Shown here in pieces: positions 18,620 through 26,530 of a DNA stretch of 32,000 bases; the first letter of the stretch is position 1, and each line of letters begins with the position of its first letter. The notes beneath the pieces are model-generated. The model searched no databases, was not told the DNA's origin, and saw only the letters and a list, made by a program, of their open reading frames with translations. This stretch comes from Candidatus Thorarchaeota archaeon. Its GTDB lineage: Archaea > Asgardarchaeota > Heimdallarchaeia > Hodarchaeales > Hodarchaeaceae. The stretch lies in the NCBI GenBank assembly GCA_048882505.1, contig JBHLRO010000013.1:30001-62000 (forward strand). The letters run 5' to 3'. The translations under genes and the position numbers were made by a program.

Positions 18620-19522
18620 GTGGGTACTTCGGCCTCATATTGGGTAGCATCCCATTTGACCGGACTATTCGCAATCAAGGATGGAAGCGATGAAATACTC
18701 TCCAGAGGGTCCATAGGAGCAGGGGTTTGCATAGATCGAGGTACCGTAACCACCGTTACAAAACAAGACCATTCGTCATTGGAAATTTACTTTAATGGTG
18801 TGAAAACTCCATTATCTACTGCTACCGTAACCAAGCGAGTTTTGGATCTATTGTTCGAGAGGAATTTCCGACATGGAATTCAGGTTGACCATAATTTTGG
18901 AATTCCAATTTCATCCGGATTTGGAGCATCGGCAGCTGGAGCTCTAGGAACCGCTTTTGCAGCCAATGAGGTCTATGACTTGGGTTTTTCTAGGATTAAA
19001 CTCTTTCAGATTGCACATTTAGCCGAAATATATTCTAATACAGGACTTGGAGATGTCATCGGCCTTTATCAGGGAGGTGCGGAAGTACGAACCAAACCGG
19101 GAGCGCCAGGAGTCGGACAAACCATTACAATGACGAATAGAGATAATTGGAGGATGGCAACCATTCATATTGGTCATTTGGTTACCCCAAAAATCTTGGC
19201 TGATCAGGATAAAAGGAAGGCCATTAACCTAGCAGGAGAACAACTGATTGAAAATTTAATTTCTGACCCTGATTTTGGAAATTTCGTTAGCCTAGCATCT
19301 CAATTTTCGAGAACATTAAATCTGTGGTCCAGAACCCTCATTGGAATCTCTGAAATGGTTCCTCCTGACGTAGTTACTGCTCAAATCATGCTAGGCGATG
19401 CACTATTCCTGTTTTACAAACCAGGGATCGATATTAAGATATTATCGGACCTGGATCCCTCCTTTAAAAAGGAAACAATCTGTTACCAGACCGTAGTTAG
19501 GCGTGAAAGCGATGCGAATTGA
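18620..19522 (+). CDS. Pantoate kinase (archaeal PoK, GHMP family)
   Basis: GSIGAGV, PISSGFGASAAG, AHLAEI..TGLGDV, GG.EVRTKPGAPG; sits inside a CoA operon. Confidence 0.93.
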   Translation: MGTSASYWVASHLTGLFAIKDGSDEILSRGSIGAGVCIDRGTVTTVTKQDHSSLEIYFNGVKTPLSTATVTKRVLDLLFERNFRHGIQVDHNFGIPISSGFGASAAGALGTAFAANEVYDLGFSRIKLFQIAHLAEIYSNTGLGDVIGLYQGGAEVRTKPGAPGVGQTITMTNRDNWRMATIHIGHLVTPKILADQDKRKAINLAGEQLIENLISDPDFGNFVSLASQFSRTLNLWSRTLIGISEMVPPDVVTAQIMLGDALFLFYKPGIDIKILSDLDPSFKKETICYQTVVRRESDAN

Positions 19523-20306
19523 AATACCTTTAGATCACCCACGTTATGAATCTTTAGTGGTTCGGGAGCGAATTATTGAAGGGATGCATAATAACATAGT
19601 TGCTGAAGCTGGTCTAATCGCCCACGGACGAGGAGAAGCATTTGATTATATATTAGGTGAATCAACCCCCAGTATAGTTCTAGAACAGGAAAGATTGGCA
19701 GTTATAACAATGTTATTGGCGAAGTCGCCCATCATTTCTGTCAATGGAAACGTGGCGGCCCTTTGCGCTCATGGCATTGTCAAACTCGGTAGGGCTATAC
19801 ATGCCCCTTTGGAGGTAAATTTGTTTTATCGATCAAATGAAAGGTTGCAGGCGATCGAAAAAACGCTTTTCGATGCAGGAGCTGGTGAGATCTATGGGAC
19901 AAATCCTACGTATCAGACAACCATCTCTGAAATCACCCATAAACGTCGTATTGTGGATTCTCGTGGGATTAAAAGATCAGATTGCATTCTTGTACCCCTG
20001 GAGGATGGAGATCGTACAGAAGCCTTGAGACGAATGGGAAAAACGGTGGTAACTGTAGACTTGAATCCTTTATCGAGAACTTCATTGGCGGCTTCTGTAA
20101 CAATAACCAACAATATAATAAGAGCAGTAGAAGAAATGACAGATATGGCGTTAGAATATTGTGACAAAAGCCAACTAGAGTTGCAAGAATTAAAATCAAC
20201 CTTCAACAATAAAAATCTCTTACAAAAGGTGCTAAAATTTATGTCAAACAGATTGTATGCAATTGCAGAAGAAGCGAAACCCCTTACGACTCCCGAGGTG
20301 AAATAA
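19503..20306 (+). CDS. 4-phosphopantoate--beta-alanine ligase (archaeal phosphopantothenate synthetase, PPS)
   Basis: HPRYESL, LIAHGRGEAFDYILGE, ISVNGN, EVNLFYR, VPLEDGDR, VDLNPLSRT. Alternative ATG start at 19512. Confidence 0.95.
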   Translation: MKAMRIEIPLDHPRYESLVVRERIIEGMHNNIVAEAGLIAHGRGEAFDYILGESTPSIVLEQERLAVITMLLAKSPIISVNGNVAALCAHGIVKLGRAIHAPLEVNLFYRSNERLQAIEKTLFDAGAGEIYGTNPTYQTTISEITHKRRIVDSRGIKRSDCILVPLEDGDRTEALRRMGKTVVTVDLNPLSRTSLAASVTITNNIIRAVEEMTDMALEYCDKSQLELQELKSTFNNKNLLQKVLKFMSNRLYAIAEEAKPLTTPEVK

Positions 20307-21106
20307 TGGCAAAGAAGACGGTTTTGGATATCCTTGGGATGCTAAACGAAGGTCAGAAGATAACAATGTTGACAGCGTATGATTTTGTTATATCTTCAAT
20401 ACTGGATGAAGCAGGAACGGATATTCTTCTTGTTGGAGATACTATGGGGATGGTTGTTTACGGAAATCCCACGACATTGTCCGTATCCATTGAAGACTCA
20501 ATTCGTCACACGCAGGCGGTTGCTCGTGGTGCAAAAACAGCAATGGTTGTTGGAGACCTTCCTTTTGGAACCTTTCAAGTGTCAGCAGAGGAAGCGGTGA
20601 GAAATGCGATTCAGCTGGTTCAACTAGGGACTGCTGAGGCCATTAAACTCGAAGGCGGTAGCGAGCGTGTCGAAGCAATCGAGAGAATTTTAGATGCAGG
20701 GATACCAGTCATGGGACATCTTGGATTGACCCCCCAATCATTTTATAAATTCGGAGGTTTTAAAGTTCAAGGAAGGACCGAAGATGCGGCTGAATTTTTA
20801 GTAAAGGAAGCATTAGCTCTAGAAAAAGCCGGTGTATTTTCTTTGGTTCTTGAGGCAATTCCATGGAAAGTGGCGAAGAAAATTACAGAAAAACTAACCA
20901 CGTGCGCCACTATCGGGATAGGTGCGGGTCCGTACTGCGATGGACAAGTCCTTGTTACCTACGACATGTTAGGTTATTTCGACTTCAAGGCAAAGTTTGT
21001 TAAACGTTTTGTAAATCTGAAAAGTCAAATACTGGAAGCTGGCCAAAAGTACAACGATGAAGTTCGGAAGGGCATATTTCCTGATCTTGATTATAGCTAT
21101 GAATAG
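20306..21106 (+). CDS. panB: 3-methyl-2-oxobutanoate hydroxymethyltransferase
   Basis: ITMLTAYD, ILLVGDTMGM, VVGDLPFGTF, IKLEGG, VMGHLGLTPQS, IGIGAGPYCDGQVLV. Confidence 0.97.
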   Translation: MAKKTVLDILGMLNEGQKITMLTAYDFVISSILDEAGTDILLVGDTMGMVVYGNPTTLSVSIEDSIRHTQAVARGAKTAMVVGDLPFGTFQVSAEEAVRNAIQLVQLGTAEAIKLEGGSERVEAIERILDAGIPVMGHLGLTPQSFYKFGGFKVQGRTEDAAEFLVKEALALEKAGVFSLVLEAIPWKVAKKITEKLTTCATIGIGAGPYCDGQVLVTYDMLGYFDFKAKFVKRFVNLKSQILEAGQKYNDEVRKGIFPDLDYSYE

Positions 21107-21165
21107 GAACCCGTCATATTCGTCATTTTCATACTCCTCTCACTCTTTTGAATATTTAAACTCTC

Positions 21166-21513
21166 ATGGATAGCCTTATTAAGGTAAAAAGGCCCTCACT
21201 CCATTGTTTCCTAATGCAAGCCGACCAAAAGAGATTAGTGGGGCCCGAAGTTCGAAAAGGGTTTTCTCTTAAGCATTATCTTCTTAGAGAACTCGGTAAC
21301 GCTAAAAAACGAATTTATATGAATTTGGAGACCCCTCATCCATATTGTGAGCTTGACTGTCCCTGGCTTTCTATTTGCAGGCAATCTTTGCCACCTGCTT
21401 GTATTCTTCCAGATCTTCTGGACTCTAACACTTGGATGGTGTTAACTCAGACTGAAAATCATCAAACAGAAGCTTTTGGAAAACCGAATTTCACCGAATA
21501 TAATGAGCTTTAA
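21166..21513 (+). CDS. Hypothetical protein with Cys cluster
   Basis: 115-aa ATG ORF filling the gap between panB and xpf; contains CELDCPWLSIC. Confidence 0.5.
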   Translation: MDSLIKVKRPSLHCFLMQADQKRLVGPEVRKGFSLKHYLLRELGNAKKRIYMNLETPHPYCELDCPWLSICRQSLPPACILPDLLDSNTWMVLTQTENHQTEAFGKPNFTEYNEL

Positions 21514-21545
21514 ACTTCATCGGGAGCAAAAAACGAAACTGGGCC

Positions 21546-22259
21546 TTATGACGCCTTTTTTGAGCTATTAAGTAATTTCTGATTCTTTAAAACGTATTTT
21601 GGCCCAAAGCCTTCCAGATTAGCAAGAGGCCCCTCTAAACCTTTCGGATTTCCCGTTTTTGTATACGTTATCTGAGTATCCAGAATTCCCCTAAAAACTT
21701 CAGATGGGCTATCATTAAACTTTAGTAACAATTGTTCCGCTTTTTTGACTCCAGTATTATGTAAGCCTTGGATAAGAAACAACTGTTGATCCCGAAGGCT
21801 TCTCTTTTTTGGGGCTGACCTAATGATTATTGGATCCGTTTTTTCCTCTTGTACCCAGGAAGCAATTCGGTTCAGACAGATTGTAGATTCCCCCATGCTA
21901 GCGGTTGGTATCACGGGAACCTGACGTTTAAGAAAAATATAGGTCAATGCGCCATAGACATGTTTCTTTCGTTTTTTCCATTCTGTACGTACGAATGCAG
22001 AGGGAAGATCTTCCAATAGTAATAGGGGTTGCTCGTAGGCTTCAATTAAGCGATCGATCTGTTCAAACAACCTGTTATCCATTAGAGAGGATATTAAATC
22101 GCCACCTGTCTTCCGCTCACAAACCACCTGTTCTGAGAAAACATAATCTCCAATATCAAGTTGACGTTCTTCAATTACCATTCCGAATCTCTCGGATAGA
22201 GCCTTTTTGATTCGGAGCGGTTCTCTATGATCTACTATCAAACGCAATCTGGTGTTCAT
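21546..22259 (-). CDS. xpf: Short-form XPF/ERCC4 structure-specific endonuclease (nuclease + 2 HhH, no helicase domain)
   Basis: IVDHRE, LDIGDY, VCERKT..DLISSL.DNRLFEQ, LLLLE; HhH-like GLHNTGVKKA and LEGFGPKY. Confidence 0.92.
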   Translation of the reverse strand: MNTRLRLIVDHREPLRIKKALSERFGMVIEERQLDIGDYVFSEQVVCERKTGGDLISSLMDNRLFEQIDRLIEAYEQPLLLLEDLPSAFVRTEWKKRKKHVYGALTYIFLKRQVPVIPTASMGESTICLNRIASWVQEEKTDPIIIRSAPKKRSLRDQQLFLIQGLHNTGVKKAEQLLLKFNDSPSEVFRGILDTQITYTKTGNPKGLEGPLANLEGFGPKYVLKNQKLLNSSKKAS

Positions 22260-22278
22260 TTAAACTCCAACGTATCAT

Positions 22279-24675
22279 TCATTTTGGATGATACCCAGAC
22301 TTGTTCAAAGAACCAGGTAACATATTATTCTGCACCATCGATGTTACCATTCGCTGAATGAGATCTGGGGGAATATTTAGCATAGAAAAATCCCCCCATC
22401 GAATAGTTTTTTTCGCTTGTTGTTCGGGGCGGTTAATAAAGTACAGAATCCTCCCCGCAGCATTTTTTAGAGTTAAAATCCTTTCATCAGTTGTACGAAC
22501 AAGCTTCTCATTTTCGTCTATTAATTTATGGAAAAAATCCAATTGGTTTTGGTTAATATCTACGTCCAGAATTTCCCCCAGTTCCGAAAGTGCCAGTTCT
22601 TGCCGATATTCAATGATTCCTTTAATTTCCTGTTGTATTCCTTTCTCTGTGATAAACTCTCCAACTGAATTCGTTATTCCTGAAAGCTGGAGGATCTCAT
22701 GCACGATAATCCTTAGGATAAAGTCTGGTAGTTCTAATTTGAAGGCCAGCACGTCAAAATTGATACGGGGATGCGTACTGATCTCATTTTGAACTCGTGT
22801 GAGGAGGTGCTCTTGTATAAAATATCTACCTTCTTTATCTTGTCTACTCACGTACTCTTGAAGAAGAAATTCGGATATTTGACGTTGTATCTCAGTGTTG
22901 AGTCCGTTAAACCCAGATTCCTTGATAAACTGTTCCATATGCAAGTAACCATAGGTATCATAGTAATCTTTCACCTGGTCCAGAATGTTTTTTATTGAGG
23001 AAACCTTCCCAGAATCAACTCGAACGACTTGAACATTTATGGATTTTACAAGACTGTCAAGAAAAACAGAAAAATCAATTCCGATAACTGCTAGTAGATG
23101 TTCTACTTCGGTTTCACCTAAATTGTTAATATCGTGTTCTATTTTAGCCAGTTCAGAATGGTCAATGAAAACCTGTAACCCTTCCAACCATCGTCCAGGA
23201 TGGGTCCCGTTGATAAACTCCATAAATTCCCGAAATTCGATTTGTGGGTTACCTAATTCTTGTACAAATCTATTGAATTCCTGTATCTTGTATTGGGCCA
23301 AATTCGTTTTCCACTTTTCCTTCACAAAGCGCTGTGTAATGAAGACCTCTTCCGAATTTAACCAACCATCTGTAGGGTGATGTATTTTAGGAAGAATAAC
23401 CTCTCTTATTCGTTCTGAATCAACATTCGTTTGTTTGCTGAGATCTAATAGAGAAAGGTATCCTATATTTTGAATATCGTCAGATATCTTTGATAACAAC
23501 GCCTCAGTGATATAAATTTCAGGGGAAAGCCTGCTGGTACCCGAAATCTCAGATATTACAGTTTCAAGGATATCCTTTCCAATCTGATCAAAAGGGTAGC
23601 GTTGTAGTAAAGCGGGGAGCTGAATTACGTTAAATTGCTCAAATTCAGCCCTAACTAGCTGTTTCAGTCCGCTATCTGTAAAAATCGTTCCATCTGAAAG
23701 CGGATACAGCTGCAGTTTCAGCATCTCCTCGATGAGAATCTTGATTGCTAGTTCGGTCAATTGAAGTTCATTTGATAGTTCAGAGTATTGGAACTGAACT
23801 TTATTAGATACTCGATTTCGTAAATCTTCAATAGCAAAAGTCATCTGAGTTTGCAAAGCAGAAACTGCTGTATCGAAATTCTGTTTCGTGGTTCTGGTTC
23901 CAAGATGAAGTAAAGCCAGCAAGTCAAGTTTACCTTGTTCAATAACGGTTTTTATTACTTCAGATTCACTCTTCTTAAGAAAAGCCGCTGCGGTTTCACG
24001 TACGTAGTCGTTTGAGTCGGATAAATTCTCAATAAAGGAAATTAAAACTTCTGGGCTAGCTTTTTCCTCCATGCGTTCGAGGGCAGAACCTGCCTGGTTA
24101 CGCGTCAAATCATCGAATTCTGGATTACGCATGATCTCAATTAAAACTCCAATAGCCCGTGGCGTTTTTAGCTTACCTAAGGCATAAATTACAGTACGTC
24201 GAAGTCCACCTGTCTCAGTCTCTAGTAATCGTAAGAGAATTGGTTCTACTCCCTTGATCTGATGTTTTATAACAATATTTAGTGCAGTATTCAAAACTGC
24301 CTTACTGGGATCTTTTAATGCCTTCATGGTAAAATCTGGTAACTTAGAATGTCCCTTTTCTGATAACCACTCCAAAGCATATGAGCGAATGCCTGGATTT
24401 GGATCTTGGGGATCGGTAAGAATTGAAAAAACTAGAGGAGCAACTAGTTTTGGAGTTTCTCTAGCTGTTCCGATGAGTGTGATGATCGTTGCCTCCCTTA
24501 CTTGGTCATTCTCATCTTTTGTCAGCGTTTGCAGAGATTTTCTGACCATTCGTTCACGAAATTCTTCTGGATTAGATTCCAAGAATCTCCTAAGGTTGAT
24601 TACAGCAAAAAGACGAACTTCATGATTTGTGGCTTTCAGGTTTCTTAAATCAGTGACTACTGAGGATTCTGACAT
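22279..24675 (-). CDS. HEAT-repeat + multi-winged-helix repeat protein (UFL1-like repeats)
   Basis: aa 1-240 hold about 7 HEAT repeats (DENDQVREAT, DPNPGIRSYA, DPSKAVLNTA, GGLRRTVIYALG, DSNDYVRETAA). aa ~285-790 hold about 9 repeats of ~55 aa with pattern G.[FY]IT...L...I...G.L.L..L...L.[VL]D. Confidence 0.8.
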   Translation of the reverse strand: MSESSVVTDLRNLKATNHEVRLFAVINLRRFLESNPEEFRERMVRKSLQTLTKDENDQVREATIITLIGTARETPKLVAPLVFSILTDPQDPNPGIRSYALEWLSEKGHSKLPDFTMKALKDPSKAVLNTALNIVIKHQIKGVEPILLRLLETETGGLRRTVIYALGKLKTPRAIGVLIEIMRNPEFDDLTRNQAGSALERMEEKASPEVLISFIENLSDSNDYVRETAAAFLKKSESEVIKTVIEQGKLDLLALLHLGTRTTKQNFDTAVSALQTQMTFAIEDLRNRVSNKVQFQYSELSNELQLTELAIKILIEEMLKLQLYPLSDGTIFTDSGLKQLVRAEFEQFNVIQLPALLQRYPFDQIGKDILETVISEISGTSRLSPEIYITEALLSKISDDIQNIGYLSLLDLSKQTNVDSERIREVILPKIHHPTDGWLNSEEVFITQRFVKEKWKTNLAQYKIQEFNRFVQELGNPQIEFREFMEFINGTHPGRWLEGLQVFIDHSELAKIEHDINNLGETEVEHLLAVIGIDFSVFLDSLVKSINVQVVRVDSGKVSSIKNILDQVKDYYDTYGYLHMEQFIKESGFNGLNTEIQRQISEFLLQEYVSRQDKEGRYFIQEHLLTRVQNEISTHPRINFDVLAFKLELPDFILRIIVHEILQLSGITNSVGEFITEKGIQQEIKGIIEYRQELALSELGEILDVDINQNQLDFFHKLIDENEKLVRTTDERILTLKNAAGRILYFINRPEQQAKKTIRWGDFSMLNIPPDLIQRMVTSMVQNNMLPGSLNKSGYHPK

Positions 24676-24702
24676 GGATTTACCTCGATATTTTATTTCC
24701 TT

Positions 24703-25167
24703 TTAATCAGATACCCAATCTTTAAGGATGAAACTAGCGTCCCAACCAGACTTGGCTTGTACCACTTTTCCCTTGGATCCCAATAGCGACAAGAAACCCA
24801 GATAATTCTTTACAGTATTGATATCGATATTTGATAAGGCCTCCGCAATTTCATCCTCCGGTTTTCCTGTGGTTGATAAACTTTTCAAGATTTCCGCCGC
24901 ATCTTCAATAAGTTTATACCGATAGGGCTTGTTCGTTCTAGGTTCCCCGATCGGATCGAGCAGCCATTCATTATTCTTTTTGATTGCCCGACCGTACGAG
25001 TGAAGATATGCCAAGAAAGACAATGAATAATACGTATCACTCAGACATAGGTCAGTACCAGGTGAAACCTCATACGGGGTCACTTCATCAGCTAAATATT
25101 CCAGCTTCTCTATAACTTGCATGAAAGTGCTAAATGGGAATCCATTAAAGGGGGGGATCTCTAACAA
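24703..25167 (-). CDS. Hypothetical protein with two tandem winged-helix-like units
   Basis: Internal repeat YSLSFLAYLHSYGRAIKKNNEW versus NYLGFLSLLGSKGKVVQAKSGW. TTG start is uncertain. Confidence 0.65.
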   Translation of the reverse strand: MLEIPPFNGFPFSTFMQVIEKLEYLADEVTPYEVSPGTDLCLSDTYYSLSFLAYLHSYGRAIKKNNEWLLDPIGEPRTNKPYRYKLIEDAAEILKSLSTTGKPEDEIAEALSNIDINTVKNYLGFLSLLGSKGKVVQAKSGWDASFILKDWVSD

Positions 25168-25214
25168 GGATTAAACATCCGGGTTTATATCAGAAGGAGG
25201 GTACTCAAAAAATC

Positions 25215-25754
25215 TCATATCCGTCTATTAACTTTTTCGATTTCTTGTGCACGGATGTGACCTGATAGAATAAAGATTTTTTCTCCCAATACTGTTTTTT
25301 CCCCCGTTTGAGTGTATCCTTGTTTTTCATAAAAGGTTTTCAAGTAAGGAGTTTTTTCATAAATTTCTAACTCTATGGTCTTTATCTTAGAATTTCGTCT
25401 CGTTAATACGCGAGAAACTTCCTGAACTACCCATTTTCCGTAGCCCTGCCTTTGGTAACGTGGCGAGATTGAAAAGTGATACATCTTATATGTCTCTTCG
25501 TCCTGCTCTTTTAGCGACACAGTACCAATAATACGATTAGCAAGAGTGACAATAAAAAGTTCATGATTATCGAAAGTTTCCTTAATTTTTTTATCTGTAT
25601 TACTTAATACCCCAGGGGGGCGTGATAACGCCTGTAGAACGGGTAGATATGCCTCACGGATAATGGCCTCTATTTGTGGGAGGTGCTCTATTTTCGCTCT
25701 CTGTAATTCTAATTTTTGCACGAATGAACCCCGTTTATGATACTTTGTCATCAA
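25215..25754 (-). CDS. GNAT-family N-acetyltransferase
   Basis: IIGTVSL, FSISPRYQRQGYG (motif A), FYEKQGY; start overlaps the upstream stop (ATGA). Confidence 0.92.
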   Translation of the reverse strand: MMTKYHKRGSFVQKLELQRAKIEHLPQIEAIIREAYLPVLQALSRPPGVLSNTDKKIKETFDNHELFIVTLANRIIGTVSLKEQDEETYKMYHFSISPRYQRQGYGKWVVQEVSRVLTRRNSKIKTIELEIYEKTPYLKTFYEKQGYTQTGEKTVLGEKIFILSGHIRAQEIEKVNRRI

Positions 25755-26518
25755 TGGGGAATAATCTCTTTGATCTGGGCCACGGTATCTGAAATTTTTA
25801 CTACAAGGCTCTCGAGTTTGGTTTCGGGATTGCCATCAATGCAGAGTATCAATCCTTCAGATATCTTATATGCAACAAGATGAGTTGCCTCAGATGAAGC
25901 AATCAGATAGCGCAAATTTCGCATATGAGAGGAAACCGTTAGGATAGTGATGAAGGTGGACATTCTATCTCTGTCCATTTGGAATTCAACAACTGGCTCA
26001 CCCGTAAATGAAACAATCATGGCACCTCGTATACCGACATCCTCATTTTTGACGAGTTTTCGTAGATAAAAAAGAGCCGCCTCTTTCGAGGAAGAGAGTA
26101 ACTCACGTGTTTCTCCTTTAAAAACTGCATCCACCTGCATTGAAAAATTTCTGAACATTTCTGTGTCGATTAATTGAATATCCTTATGGTTGGGGTGCTC
26201 AGATAAAAATAAACTGGAGATCGTTTTAAGTTTAAATTGCAAATCCATAGTAGAGACTAGCGGGGAGGCCAAAACCGCGAATACCAAGCCATCTTTTTCT
26301 ATGAAAGAAAAACGGACGTCCTCCATATCCACCACCCGGAGATCACTTAATGCTGAGGATTCCGCAAAGGAAAACATTGCTGTCAAAAAAGCAACCACCA
26401 AATGTGGATCGGGCGCTTGTCTATTAATTTCCTCATAAGATCTAGTTATTAAAGTATCCCCACTTTCTCGTCGGAAGATAAAGAACGCCTTAATGTCTTT
26501 AAACGCATGCAATGACAA
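25751..26518 (-). CDS. Longin-like domain + roadblock/LC7-like domain fusion
   Basis: N-terminal half FFIFRRESGDTLITRSY..DPHLVVAFLTAMFSFA..LRVVDMEDVRFSFIEKDGLVFAV (longin pattern). C-terminal half GIRGAMIVSFTGEPVV..LRYLIASSE..HLVAYKISEGLILCI (roadblock pattern). Confidence 0.75.
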   Translation of the reverse strand: MSLHAFKDIKAFFIFRRESGDTLITRSYEEINRQAPDPHLVVAFLTAMFSFAESSALSDLRVVDMEDVRFSFIEKDGLVFAVLASPLVSTMDLQFKLKTISSLFLSEHPNHKDIQLIDTEMFRNFSMQVDAVFKGETRELLSSSKEAALFYLRKLVKNEDVGIRGAMIVSFTGEPVVEFQMDRDRMSTFITILTVSSHMRNLRYLIASSEATHLVAYKISEGLILCIDGNPETKLESLVVKISDTVAQIKEIIPH

Positions 26519-26530
26519 TGAAAAGTCACC

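Noticed and set aside
22358-24625. Several antisense ORFs over the HEAT/wH gene (and similar ones such as 2717-3148, 8907-9218, 16922-17236)
   Set aside because: Shadow ORFs opposite well-supported genes, without family motifs.
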